Below are positions 1 to 9,525 of a DNA stretch of 64,000 bases, piece after piece. Within the stretch, counting starts at the first letter, position 1, and each line of letters starts with the position of its first letter. The stretch lies in assembly GCA_046075565.1 (NCBI GenBank), contig JBJTQJ010000119.1:32001-96000 (forward strand), written 5' to 3'. The translations under genes were made by a program, and so were the position numbers. The notes under the pieces were generated by a model, which had not been told where the DNA came from, ran no database searches, and was given only the letters and a program-made list of their open reading frames with translations. Source of the stretch: Verrucomicrobiales bacterium. Its GTDB lineage: Bacteria; Verrucomicrobiota; Verrucomicrobiia; Verrucomicrobiales; SLCJ01.

Positions 1-64
1 GGAATTGGCCCGCAAGGGTGCCAAGAAACCCAAATGAGCGTCACCCGGAACGACCGAAAGCGGC

Positions 65-541
65 TCAATACAGCAGACCGAAGAGTTGCTCGTCGGTGAG
101 GGTGGTCGGGTCGTCCACGCTGGCCAGTTCGATGGCGGCAGCGTCGAGATTGGGGTCTTCGGCGTCGTCGGGCATGAGGAGCAGGGCGGCCTCGATGCGG
201 GCCAGACTGGCGAGGTCGTTGCTCTCCGTGGTCTGAACGGCGGCGACAGCCACCGGATCGACCGGATCGGGCAACAGGAGATTGGAGCCCACCGAGAGCA
301 GGAGCGCGGCGGCGGCGGCCAAGGGCAGACCGAGGCGGGCGGCGGCCAGCCAGCGCGACGGGCGCCCGTCTTGCGGGGTGCGCGCGGCGAGTGCTCCCAT
401 TCGGGCCGCAAACCCATGGGGAACCGGGGTCGGCGTGGCGCGGCCAAGCAACTCCCACGCCCGCCGGATTCCGGCGGATTCAAGGGATGGCCCGGAGGCA
501 TCGGCCCCCGTGGACGGGCTGTTGTCGGCGTCTGAGTTCAT
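65..541 (-). CDS. Hypothetical single-TM protein, anti-sigma-factor-like architecture
   Basis: ATG at 541 (MNSDAD...). Contains 'WELLGRATPTPVPHGFAARM', then a hydrophobic LGLPLAAAAALLLSVG segment and an acidic C-terminus. Lies just downstream of rpoD. Confidence 0.55.
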   Translation of the reverse strand: MNSDADNSPSTGADASGPSLESAGIRRAWELLGRATPTPVPHGFAARMGALAARTPQDGRPSRWLAAARLGLPLAAAAALLLSVGSNLLLPDPVDPVAVAAVQTTESNDLASLARIEAALLLMPDDAEDPNLDAAAIELASVDDPTTLTDEQLFGLLY

Positions 542-590
542 GGATTCACGGGATGAAACCCGGCCCTTGGGCCCGGGTTGCACGGGATTT

Positions 591-2306
591 TCAAGGAACA
601 TTCGATTCGAGGAATCCGGTGAGGTGGCGCATCCGGGTGGGGTGGCGCATTTTCCGGAGTGCCTTGGCTTCGATCTGGCGGATCCGCTCGCGGGTGACGT
701 TGAATTGGCGGCCGACCTCCTCAAGCGTCCGGCTGTAGCCATCCCTGAGCCCGAAGCGTTGTTCGAGCACATCCCGCTCGCGGCCGTTGAGGGTATCGAG
801 CACGTCACGGAGTCGGTCCTTGAGCAGGGCGGCGGAGGTGGTCTCGAGGGGATTTTCGGCCCCTTTGTCCTCGATGAATTCGCCGAATTGGGTTTCACCT
901 TCGCCTTCGGTGATCGGTGATTGCAGTGAGATGGGCTGCTGGGCCATCTTGAGCACGGCGTTGACCCGTTCGACGGGCAGGTGGAGTTCTTCCGCGATTT
1001 CATCGGCGGTCGGCTCGCGCCCGTATTCCTGCACGAGTTGTTTCTGCACCCGCATGAGTTTGTTGATCGTCTCGATCATGTGCACGGGAATGCGGATGGT
1101 GCGGGCTTGGTCGGCGATCGAACGCGTGATGGCCTGGCGGATCCACCAGGTGGCGTAGGTTGAGAACTTGTATCCGCGGCGGTATTCGAATTTTTCCACC
1201 GCTTTCATCAGGCCCATGTTGCCTTCCTGAATGAGATCGAGGAAAGAAAGCCCGCGGTTCGTGTATTTCTTGGCGATGGAAATGACCAACCGGAGGTTGG
1301 ATTCGACCATCGATGCCTTGGCGGCCATCCCGTCGGCGAGACCGGAGCGGAGGCGGGCGTGGATTTCGCGGAACTGCAGCGGATGACACCATGTGCGGCG
1401 GCGGAAAAGATTCGTCCGCGCCTCGTCGTTGCCAACCCAGTTGATTTCGTTGAGATGGCTGTCGGCGAGGATCACGAATTCCTCGACGATGCGGTGCTTG
1501 AAAGAAAACTTCCCGTAGAGTTTGTGCAAAGTATCGACCGCGGTGTCGAACTTGCGGCGGACGGCGGTTTCGCGCTTGCCGCCGCAAAGAAGGAGCTTTT
1601 CGTGCAGCACCTCGGCATCGGCGCGGGAGGCGCGCACTTGTTCGCAGAGCTTCGGCAAGGTGCCGAGATAGCGCATGCGATTGTCGATCTTCTTGTCCTG
1701 CACGACCCGGTCGATGCGTTCCTGACCGTTCTCGATTTTTTCGGCCATGACGAGGTAGGCATCGGCGATGAAGGCGAGGCGATGGAGGTTTTCGCGCACG
1801 AGGTTTTCCGCTTTCTCGATACGCTTGGAAATCTCGACTTCCTGCTCCCGGGTGAGCAATGGGACCTGCCCCATCTGCTTGAGATACATTCGCACCGGGT
1901 CATCCAGGGAGTCCATGCGGTGATCGCCACCGGCTCGCTCGAACTGGACTTCGGCCTCGGCTTCGCTCTCCTCCTCCCCCTGGTTGATGCGTTTCGGTTG
2001 GGCTTTCTGATCCTCGACCTCGGCGTTGGCGACGATGTTGAATTCCATGCCGCGAAGGCGTTCGAGAACCTGGTCGAGCAGATCGGGGTCGATGATGTCG
2101 GCGGGCAGGACATCGTTGATGTCATCGAAGGTGAGGCAACCCTGTTCGCGGTGCAGGCGCACGAGTTCGCGCAGGCGTTCCTGCACTTCCGGGGACTCCA
2201 TCGAAAGATCATCTGGTTCGGGGGCGGCGACCCTCGGTTTGCGCGGCCGTCCGCGCGCGGGCTTGCCGGTGGGAGTCTCGCTATTGCCGGTTCTCTGCTT
2301 TGCCAT
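591..2306 (-). CDS. rpoD: RNA polymerase primary sigma factor sigma70
   Basis: Region 1.2 [11 protein letters not shown], region 2 [12 protein letters not shown] / [19 protein letters not shown] / [13 protein letters not shown], region 4 [20 protein letters not shown]; region 1.1 present. Confidence 0.98.
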   Translation of the reverse strand: MAKQRTGNSETPTGKPARGRPRKPRVAAPEPDDLSMESPEVQERLRELVRLHREQGCLTFDDINDVLPADIIDPDLLDQVLERLRGMEFNIVANAEVEDQKAQPKRINQGEEESEAEAEVQFERAGGDHRMDSLDDPVRMYLKQMGQVPLLTREQEVEISKRIEKAENLVRENLHRLAFIADAYLVMAEKIENGQERIDRVVQDKKIDNRMRYLGTLPKLCEQVRASRADAEVLHEKLLLCGGKRETAVRRKFDTAVDTLHKLYGKFSFKHRIVEEFVILADSHLNEINWVGNDEARTNLFRRRTWCHPLQFREIHARLRSGLADGMAAKASMVESNLRLVISIAKKYTNRGLSFLDLIQEGNMGLMKAVEKFEYRRGYKFSTYATWWIRQAITRSIADQARTIRIPVHMIETINKLMRVQKQLVQEYGREPTADEIAEELHLPVERVNAVLKMAQQPISLQSPITEGEGETQFGEFIEDKGAENPLETTSAALLKDRLRDVLDTLNGRERDVLEQRFGLRDGYSRTLEEVGRQFNVTRERIRQIEAKALRKMRHPTRMRHLTGFLESNVP

Positions 2307-2339
2307 GGTTGCGATTCGCGGTTGTGGAATAATTTACGT

Positions 2340-4244
2340 TCAGAAAGGATCTTCGGTCTCTTCGATCGGCCCGGGTTCCACCGGCGGTCCGTCATCGCAA
2401 TCGGATGCGGGGAGCGTGGCATCATGTTGCACGCCCCCGCGGCGGTCAAGGACTTGTTGCTGCAATTGGGCCTGGATTTCGAGGATTTGCCGGATATCGA
2501 GCGTGGGATCCATCTGGCTGGCCGCGCGGAGCTGGCGTTTTTTATCCCGGGCCGCGAACTTCGCCAGGCTGGCCAAGCAGAGGCGAGCGGCCTGGACGCC
2601 ATCCTTGGGCAGGGGTTGGGAGAGGATGGCCTGGAGCTGTGTCTCCTCGGCGGTCGGTCGGGTGGCGAGGAAAGTGTTGATGGTGGCGGGATCTTTCAAG
2701 TCGAGCTGGGCCTCAAGGGAGGCCCGCAGCAACCCGCCGGTGGCGTGCTCGCGCGCGGGCGCACCTTCGGGACCGGCCAGCAATATACGGGTCTTTTCAT
2801 CGGTGAGGGCGAGTTGGACGAGCATGTGCATGGCCTTCAACTCCGGGGTCATCTCGATGGGCGGCGGGGGTGCAACGGTTGGGGTGGAACTCATTTCCCC
2901 ATCACGCGATTGTTCTTGGGAAAGGCGGCCGAGTTCCCGGCGCACCTCCCGGCGGAAAAGGTCGGCTTCGAGGTTGAGGCGGACCGCGGCCTGGCGGAGT
3001 ACACCTTCGCGGGCGATCGGGTCGGAGAATCGCGCCACCACGGCGGCGGCTTCGCGCGCCACCGCCGTGCGCGAGGCCAGATCGCCCGACACGAGCGTTT
3101 CTTTCCGCCGGGCGAAGAAAAAGTCCACGTAAGGGGTGGCGGCGTCGAGACGGGCGCGGAGGGCATCAGCTCCCTCTTTGCGGAGCAACGAGTCGGGGTC
3201 CTCGCCCGGAGGGAGTTCGGCGACTTTGACCGTAAGTCCTGCCGGGGCGAGTTCGGCGAAAGCGCGGTCAGCGGCCTTGAGTCCGGCGGCGTCCGCGTCG
3301 TAACAAAGTGTCGCCACCTCGGTATGGCGTTTGAGCAAACGGGCATGATCGCGCGTGAGCGCGGTGCCTAGCGGCGCGACGGCATGGGTGAATCCGGCCG
3401 CCGCGAGAGCGATAAGATCCATCTGGCCCTCGCAGATGATGGCGGTTCCGGCTTTGAGGATCGGTCGTTTGGCGCGATGGAGACCGTAAAGGGTCGCGCC
3501 TTTGTGGAAAACCGATGTCTCGGGGGAGTTGACGTATTTGGCGAGTTTGCTGGCGGGATCGAGGATACGACCCGAAAAAGCGATCACGTCCCCGTAGTCG
3601 TTGTGGATCGGGAACATGAGCCGATGGCGGAATCTCGGATAAAGCCCCGCCTTCGGGTTTTCCTCATCCTTGGGCGCGGCCAACCCGCAGTCCACGAGGT
3701 CGCGACCCGTGAATTTCTTTTCTTTTGCCCACGCGGCAAGCGGAGCGAGGTCGGCGGGCGCGTAACCGAGTTGCCAATCAACCGCCGTCTCGCGGTTGAA
3801 TCCCCGGCTTTTCAAATAGTCGCGCGCCATTGCCGCATCCGGACTTTTCAATAGCTGGTCGTGATACCAGCGGGCCGCCTCCGCCAGCACGCTGAGCAAT
3901 TTTCCCCGGCGGCGGCGCTGGCGTTCGGCTTCCGGATCCGGCGCTTCCTCTTCCGGCAAAAGGACGCCCGCCCGGTCGGCGAGTTTTTTCAACGCACTGC
4001 GGAAGTCCACATTTTCGTATTCCATGACAAACCGCACGGCGGTACCCCCGGCCCCGCAACCGAAGCAATAATAGGTTTGTTTGTTCGGAATGACGTAGAA
4101 CGACGGCGTCTTCTCGTGGTGGAACGGGCAATTCGCCCGGTAGTCCTTCCCGGCGCGTTTGAGTGGAAAATACGAACCGATCAACTCCGCGATGTTGGTC
4201 GCGTTGAGCACCTTCTGGATGGTCTCGTCGGAGTAGCGGTTCAT
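2340..4244 (-). CDS. dnaG: DNA primase
   Basis: CHC2 zinc finger CPFHHEKTPSF...YYCFGC, KYVNSPET, Toprim EGQMD and DADAAG; upstream of rpoD. Confidence 0.98.
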   Translation of the reverse strand: MNRYSDETIQKVLNATNIAELIGSYFPLKRAGKDYRANCPFHHEKTPSFYVIPNKQTYYCFGCGAGGTAVRFVMEYENVDFRSALKKLADRAGVLLPEEEAPDPEAERQRRRRGKLLSVLAEAARWYHDQLLKSPDAAMARDYLKSRGFNRETAVDWQLGYAPADLAPLAAWAKEKKFTGRDLVDCGLAAPKDEENPKAGLYPRFRHRLMFPIHNDYGDVIAFSGRILDPASKLAKYVNSPETSVFHKGATLYGLHRAKRPILKAGTAIICEGQMDLIALAAAGFTHAVAPLGTALTRDHARLLKRHTEVATLCYDADAAGLKAADRAFAELAPAGLTVKVAELPPGEDPDSLLRKEGADALRARLDAATPYVDFFFARRKETLVSGDLASRTAVAREAAAVVARFSDPIAREGVLRQAAVRLNLEADLFRREVRRELGRLSQEQSRDGEMSSTPTVAPPPPIEMTPELKAMHMLVQLALTDEKTRILLAGPEGAPAREHATGGLLRASLEAQLDLKDPATINTFLATRPTAEETQLQAILSQPLPKDGVQAARLCLASLAKFAARDKKRQLRAASQMDPTLDIRQILEIQAQLQQQVLDRRGGVQHDATLPASDCDDGPPVEPGPIEETEDPF

Positions 4245-4258
4245 GAAAATCAGGAGGC

Positions 4259-4459
4259 TCAGCCGCCGGCGGCCAGTTCGATGATTTCGATTTCGTCGCC
4301 CTCTTTCACCGCAGCATCGGCAAACTCGCGGGGGAAAAGGGCATGACGGTTCAACTCGACCAGCACCGGGCGCTCGCCGAAGCCAAGCTCGGCCAGCAAA
4401 CCGGCCACCGTGCTGGCAGTGGGCACTTCGGTGGATTTTCCATTCAGGGTCAGTCGCAT
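4259..4459 (-). CDS. thiS: Sulfur carrier protein ThiS
   Basis: 66 aa, MRLTLNG...VLVELN...GDEIEIIELAAGG, with C-terminal GG. Confidence 0.88.
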   Translation of the reverse strand: MRLTLNGKSTEVPTASTVAGLLAELGFGERPVLVELNRHALFPREFADAAVKEGDEIEIIELAAGG

Positions 4460-4628
4460 GGTATCCGCACCGATAGGCCCGATCCGCCTCCGGGGCAAGT
4501 GTGACGGAAAATCGAACCGGTCAGCGGGCTGCTACCGGGGAAACACCCGGCATTTTGACTTCGCTCGGGGGAGGCAAAAAAAGCTCCTCCATTTGGGGGA
4601 ACGCAGCCTGGCCGTTCGAAAATCCAGT

Positions 4629-4663
4629 TTGTCATCACTAGGAAAAACTGCTAGGCTCTCAAT
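4629..4663 (+). promoter_or_regulatory. sigma70-like leaderless promoter of the TA pair
   Basis: TTGTCA(4629)-17 bp-TAGGCT(4652)-6 nt-ATG(4664). Confidence 0.6.
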
Positions 4664-4864
4664 ATGAGCACTTTGGTCGAGATTGAATCTGCCGCTGCGG
4701 CTCTTTCCGCGGGCGAGAAAGCGGAGCTTCTGCTCTTTGTCGCGCAGCAATTGCGGGCCGAGCAAGCTCCGCTACCTGAACCGCGCCTGTTCACGGAGGA
4801 CCATCTGAAAGCTTGGATGGATGAGGACGAGGACGACATGCGGCGTTTTCAAAACAATCCATGA
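4664..4864 (+). CDS. Putative antitoxin (small acidic protein)
   Basis: 66 aa MSTLVEIESAAAALS...; ATGA overlap with the downstream PIN gene. Confidence 0.7.
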   Translation: MSTLVEIESAAAALSAGEKAELLLFVAQQLRAEQAPLPEPRLFTEDHLKAWMDEDEDDMRRFQNNP

Positions 4865-5282
4865 GGTTGTTTCTCGACAGCAGCGTGGTGCTGGCGGCCT
4901 GCGGGCGAGTCGCCGGTGCATCACACGCCATCTTCGAGATGGCATCCTCTCAAGACTGGCAATTGCTCACCTGCGACTATGTCTTGCGGGAAGTGGAACG
5001 GAACTTGAGCGAACGGCTGCCGGAAACTGCACGACAAGAATGGTGCCAACTGCGCCCAGCGCTCTCATTGGTTGAGAATGAACTGACGCACCCATGGCCC
5101 GTGGTTTTCCCGGCGGCGAGGACCGTCCCGTTTTGTTCAAAGCAGCTGCCACAGCGGATGTGCTCCTTACACTAGACCGAGCGGATTTCGGAGTCTTGTT
5201 CTCGACAGACTTCTATGGGCTTCCAGTCATGAAGCCGGGAGATTTCCTTTGGCGAGAGAGGTCCCAGGGGCGGCTGCCGTGA
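4861..5282 (+). pseudogene. PIN-domain (VapC-like) toxin, frameshifted near 5119
   Basis: N-terminal MRLFLDSSVV...LREVE; the C-terminal half DRPVLFKAAATADVLLTLDRADF is in another frame. Adding one base (gcg a[a]g gac) restores a ~140-aa PIN protein. Confidence 0.75.
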
Positions 5283-5304
5283 AATGCCGCATGAACCACT
5301 GGAC

Positions 5305-6024
5305 CTATCCCGGTTTGTTACGTCGAGAGTGCCTTGCTCCTTGCTTGTTGGGGGTGGCAAGCGGGTTCAATCCAATCCAAAGATCCCGGTAAAATTCCGC
5401 TTTTTCATGATAGCGGGCGGCTTTGGCAGAGCAGCGGGCAAGGGTTTCCGCTCTCACGACTGCCGCTACCACCTCCCGTGACCATGGACCACCGAAGACC
5501 GGAATCAGGAATTTGGCCAAAGCCCGGGGCTTGGCATACGCACCTGGAATTCGGGATTGAAAACGAGAGGTCGTAATCCAGCCGACCAGCCATAAAAGGC
5601 CAGCAAAGGTGCCCGCCGCCATCCATCCCAAATGCCCGAGCAACAAAAAGAATGACCCCATGCTGACCAGCCATAAAAGAGCAATCAACCAGGCTGGTCG
5701 ACGCAATGGTAGCCACAGTGAAACGCCGGTGCGGGTGTGGAGGGCAGACCAGAAGTTCCTCTCCTTTTCAGGTGCGAACTTCCTGAGATCCGTGTCCAGG
5801 CCCACCGCGGCGCGAGGCGCCCCCGCCTCTTTCATGACGGCTCTCCGCAAAAGGTAAAACGCGTGCTGGCTGGGGCAGATCCGCTTTTTCCTCGCCCCGA
5901 CTTTGGCGAGGGCGAGGTTGATGAGCTGCCCGGGGCATTGGCAGCCTTCCGCTTCAGCATCGGAAAGTTCAATGCCGAAATTATTTTCAATCGCCAGGAT
6001 CAGTTCGACGCCTGCTAGCCCCAT
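5305..6024 (-). CDS. Hypothetical protein with acyl-carrier-protein-like N-terminus and 2 TM segments; probable terminal frameshift
   Basis: MGLAGVELILAIENNFGIELSDAEAE. Removing one T at ~5381 gives the ending RDLGLD* (stop 5367-5369). Confidence 0.7.
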   Translation of the reverse strand: MGLAGVELILAIENNFGIELSDAEAEGCQCPGQLINLALAKVGARKKRICPSQHAFYLLRRAVMKEAGAPRAAVGLDTDLRKFAPEKERNFWSALHTRTGVSLWLPLRRPAWLIALLWLVSMGSFFLLLGHLGWMAAGTFAGLLWLVGWITTSRFQSRIPGAYAKPRALAKFLIPVFGGPWSREVVAAVVRAETLARCSAKAARYHEKAEFYRDLWIGLNPLATPNKQGARHSRRNKPG

Positions 6025-6273
6025 GGGTGGGAGGCTATGCCTGCCAGCCCGAGGTGGCAAGCGGGTTCGCTTGCGTTTCCCGAAGTCCCGCCCGGGGTAA
6101 TGAATCCGGACAAAAGGACTTCGATGCGGAATACCGGCCCCACCACGAAAAAGCCTTCGAATCGCAAGATTTCCCCAAGCTTCGCCCCATTTTCCCGGTG
6201 CTTGCCATGGGCAGCCGGGAGACGTAGAGTATCCGGCCGCTCCCCCTGCCTCCCCCGGCGGGGAAGCCCAATC

Positions 6274-7713
6274 ATGGACACCTTCTTTTCCATCCTCCGA
6301 TTTCTCGGCACCCTGCTCGAGGTCATCCTGCTTTTTAACATCCTCATCGTCGTGCACGAACTCGGCCACTACTGGGCGGCCAAGTGGCGCGGACTGAAGG
6401 TCGAGAAATTCCAAATCTGGTTCGGCCCGACGATTTGGAAAAAGACCATCAATGGCGTGCAATGGGGGCTTGGTTCCATTCCGGCGGGCGGCTTCGTGGC
6501 GCTGCCGCAGATGGCGCCCATGGACAGCATCGAGGGGAAAACGCCGAAAGGCAACGAGCGCAAGCCATTGCCTCCCATCACCCCGACGGACAAAATCATC
6601 GTCGCTTTCGCCGGTCCGCTTTTCAGTTTCCTCCTCGCGATTTTCTTCGCCCTCATCGTTTGGAAAGTGGGACGTCCCGTGCATTCCACCGAGGCGTCGA
6701 CGGTCATCGGTCATGTGTCCGAAGAAATGCCCGCCCACGCGGCCGGGATCAAGGTCGGCGACCGTGTGCTCAGCATCAACGGCACGCCCATCCAGTCGTT
6801 CTTCGGCCTCACCAATAGCATCATCAGCTCCGTCGCCCTCAGCGAAACCGACACGCTTGAAGTCATCGTCGAACGCCCCGGCGTGGCCGAGCCCATCAAA
6901 TTCAACATCGCACCGCAGGCGGCGGTGAAAGGCGGGGCATTCGATCGCGGCAGCACGCGCAAACTAGGCATCGGTCCCGGATGGCCGACCGTCGTCGGTG
7001 CCATCCTGCCCGGCAGTCCGGCGGAGAAGGCGGGATTCAAGCCCGGCGATCGTATCCTGACCGTCAAAGGACAACCCATCATCATTGGCCAGCAACTAAC
7101 CTCCATCGCTAGTGAAACCCCGGGCCAAGCGGTTCCTGTCGAAATCGATCGCCCTGGATCCGGACGTTTGAACCTCGAGGTTGCCGCGGTCAAACCCGTG
7201 GAACCCAAGGAGTGGAAAGACGGGCCGACCACCGGCATCCAGTGGAAATCCGAAATTGCCATCGTCCACCAGAATCCCGTCGAGCAACTCAAGAAATCCG
7301 CCCTCACCATCTACACCACGCTGCGGGCGCTCTTCTCGAAGGACTCCGATATCTCCGTCAAACACTTGAGCGGACCCATCGGCATCGGTGGTGCCTTCTA
7401 CGACATGCTGAGCATCGAACATGGCTGGCGTCTCGCCCTTTGGTTTGCCGTCGTCGTGAACGTGAACCTCGCCATCCTGAATTTGATGCCCCTGCCTATC
7501 CTCGATGGTGGTCACATCGTGCTCGCCCTGCTCGAGAAAATCCGCGGTCGCGCGGTCAGCCTCAAACCCCTCGAATACATCCAGACCGGCTTCGCCCTCC
7601 TGCTGCTCAGCTTCATGTTTTACGTGACCATCATTGATGTCGGGGATCGTTGGCGCATGAACAAGGAAGGTAAGGCACCAGAGCCCAAGATTGTTTTCCC
7701 CGAAGGCAACTGA
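6274..7713 (+). CDS. rseP: RIP metalloprotease RseP (M50, 2 PDZ domains)
   Basis: HELGH zinc motif, AGP, NLMPLPILDGGH; upstream of ispG. Confidence 0.95.
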   Translation: MDTFFSILRFLGTLLEVILLFNILIVVHELGHYWAAKWRGLKVEKFQIWFGPTIWKKTINGVQWGLGSIPAGGFVALPQMAPMDSIEGKTPKGNERKPLPPITPTDKIIVAFAGPLFSFLLAIFFALIVWKVGRPVHSTEASTVIGHVSEEMPAHAAGIKVGDRVLSINGTPIQSFFGLTNSIISSVALSETDTLEVIVERPGVAEPIKFNIAPQAAVKGGAFDRGSTRKLGIGPGWPTVVGAILPGSPAEKAGFKPGDRILTVKGQPIIIGQQLTSIASETPGQAVPVEIDRPGSGRLNLEVAAVKPVEPKEWKDGPTTGIQWKSEIAIVHQNPVEQLKKSALTIYTTLRALFSKDSDISVKHLSGPIGIGGAFYDMLSIEHGWRLALWFAVVVNVNLAILNLMPLPILDGGHIVLALLEKIRGRAVSLKPLEYIQTGFALLLLSFMFYVTIIDVGDRWRMNKEGKAPEPKIVFPEGN

Positions 7714-7746
7714 TCCCGACTCCGGAAACAAACCATATTGAGCACG

Positions 7747-9525
7747 ATGCGCCCGCCCTGGATTGACGCCTACGCCCGCCGCCGCCGCCGCACCCGCGAG
7801 GTGCAGGTAGGAAACGTGGTTATCGGAGGCGATCATCCCGTGCGCGTGCAGTCGATGATCACCACCGACACCCTCGATACGGCGGCCAGCATCGCGGCCA
7901 CGTTGTCGCTCGCGCAAGCCGGCAGTGAAATCGTGCGTATCACCGCGCAGACCGCCCGCCACGCCGCCAATCTCGAACACATCGTTGCGGGCGTGCGCGC
8001 CGCTGGATGCGACGTGCCCATCGTCGCCGATATTCATTTCAAACCCGATGCCGCCATGGAAGCGGTGAAGTGGGTCGATAAAGTGCGCGTGAATCCCGGC
8101 AACTACGCCGACAAGAAGAAGTTCGCGGTCATCGAATACACCGACGAGGAATACGCCGCCGAACTCGCGCGCATCGAGGAGGCATTTGTGCCGCTCGTGA
8201 TCGAATGCAAGGCCCGTGACAAAGCCATGCGCATCGGCACCAACCATGGTTCGCTCAGCGACCGCATCATGAACCGATACGGCGACACGCCGCTTGGCAT
8301 GGTCGAAAGCGCCCTTGAGTTCGCCCGTATCGCCAGGGCGAACGACTACCACAATTTCCTCTTCTCCATGAAGGCCTCCAACCCGAAGGTGATGATCGAG
8401 GCCTACCGCCTTCTGGTTGCCCGCCTCGAGGCGGAAGGTCCGGACTGGAACTACCCCATCCACCTCGGCGTCACCGAAGCTGGAGATGGCGAGGACGGCC
8501 GCATCAAGAGCGCCGTCGGGATCGGTGCTCTGTTATTGGACGGCATCGGCGACACCATCCGCGTCTCGCTGACCGAGGATGCCGAATACGAGATTCCCGT
8601 CTGCAAGACCGTGGTCGCGCGATTTGAAAAACCCGAGCCGCCTGCTTCCGATCCCACTTGGCCCGCACCCGCGTTTGATCCATACGACTACCGTCGGCGT
8701 GCTACCAGCGTCCAGACAATCCAGGGTCATGAACTCGGTGGCGACCGCCCGCCTCGGGTCTTCGTCCCACGTCGCGTCTGGGATGCTGTTGCCCACAAAC
8801 TCGACAAGCTCGGAGATTTCCGGCCTGAAATCATCATGGAAGCTTCGGGTGTGCACGAGATCGATCCGCGTGAACCGATCATGGTGAACGCACTCAACGC
8901 GCACCCTCATCCGGTCGTCGCCACCGTCGCCGATGGTATCCCCATGGACACGGTCGCGGCTTTCCGCCTGCTCGCCGCGCGTCTGGACGAACGCCACGCC
9001 ATTCTGCTCAAGGATACCTTATCTCCACCGGCGCCGGAGACGGTCGTTGACTTCAACGATGCCCTTCTTGAAGCCGCCACCAATCTCGGCGCGTTGATTT
9101 GTGATGGTATCGGCGATGCCATTTTGGTCCGCAGCGAGACCGCACCCGGACAATCGCTGCGCCTCGCCTACAACATTCTTCAGGGAGCTGGGGCGCGTAT
9201 TTTCAAAACAGATTATGTCGCCTGTCCGAGCTGCGGACGCACCCTCTTCAACTTGCAAACCACGACGCAAAAAATCCGTGCCGCCACCGGTCATCTCAAG
9301 GGTGTTCGGATCGCGATCATGGGATGTATCGTCAATGGTCCCGGTGAAATGGCCGATGCCGACTTCGGTTACGTCGGTGGCGCTCCCGCCAAGATCAATC
9401 TTTATGTCGGCAAAACCGCCGTGCAATTCAACATCCCGGAAGATCAAGCCGTGGATCGATTGATCGACCTCATCAAATCGCACGACCGGTGGGTGGAACC
9501 ACCGCCTGTGCCCGCCGAAGCGTGA
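7747..9525 (+). CDS. ispG: (E)-4-hydroxy-3-methylbut-2-enyl-diphosphate synthase, long form
   Basis: VRVQSM, VADIHF, RVNPGN, HLGVTEAG, GDTIRVSL, CPSCGR...GCIVNGPGE. Confidence 0.97.
   Translation: MRPPWIDAYARRRRRTREVQVGNVVIGGDHPVRVQSMITTDTLDTAASIAATLSLAQAGSEIVRITAQTARHAANLEHIVAGVRAAGCDVPIVADIHFKPDAAMEAVKWVDKVRVNPGNYADKKKFAVIEYTDEEYAAELARIEEAFVPLVIECKARDKAMRIGTNHGSLSDRIMNRYGDTPLGMVESALEFARIARANDYHNFLFSMKASNPKVMIEAYRLLVARLEAEGPDWNYPIHLGVTEAGDGEDGRIKSAVGIGALLLDGIGDTIRVSLTEDAEYEIPVCKTVVARFEKPEPPASDPTWPAPAFDPYDYRRRATSVQTIQGHELGGDRPPRVFVPRRVWDAVAHKLDKLGDFRPEIIMEASGVHEIDPREPIMVNALNAHPHPVVATVADGIPMDTVAAFRLLAARLDERHAILLKDTLSPPAPETVVDFNDALLEAATNLGALICDGIGDAILVRSETAPGQSLRLAYNILQGAGARIFKTDYVACPSCGRTLFNLQTTTQKIRAATGHLKGVRIAIMGCIVNGPGEMADADFGYVGGAPAKINLYVGKTAVQFNIPEDQAVDRLIDLIKSHDRWVEPPPVPAEA

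Noticed and set aside
1..68. Possible start of a further minus-strand gene overlapping the stop at 65-67
   Set aside because: Too little sequence inside the window to support a call.
1359..3371. 670-aa plus-strand ORF and similar long antisense ORFs (e.g. 7096-8463, 16650-18023, 23791-25098, 40683-42083, 52310-54046, 63017-63979)
   Set aside because: They are shadows of well-supported opposite-strand genes in high-GC DNA and have no recognisable motifs.
5305..6738. 477-aa version of the ACP-like ORF, and other long N-terminal extensions in the ORF track (14263-15996, 23532-25076, 58379-60139)
   Set aside because: The extensions overlap neighbouring real genes; internal starts fit the family N-termini and the promoter positions.
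7747..9525. Unusually long IspG
   Set aside because: The extended three-domain IspG form is already known from plants, Chlamydiae and related bacteria.
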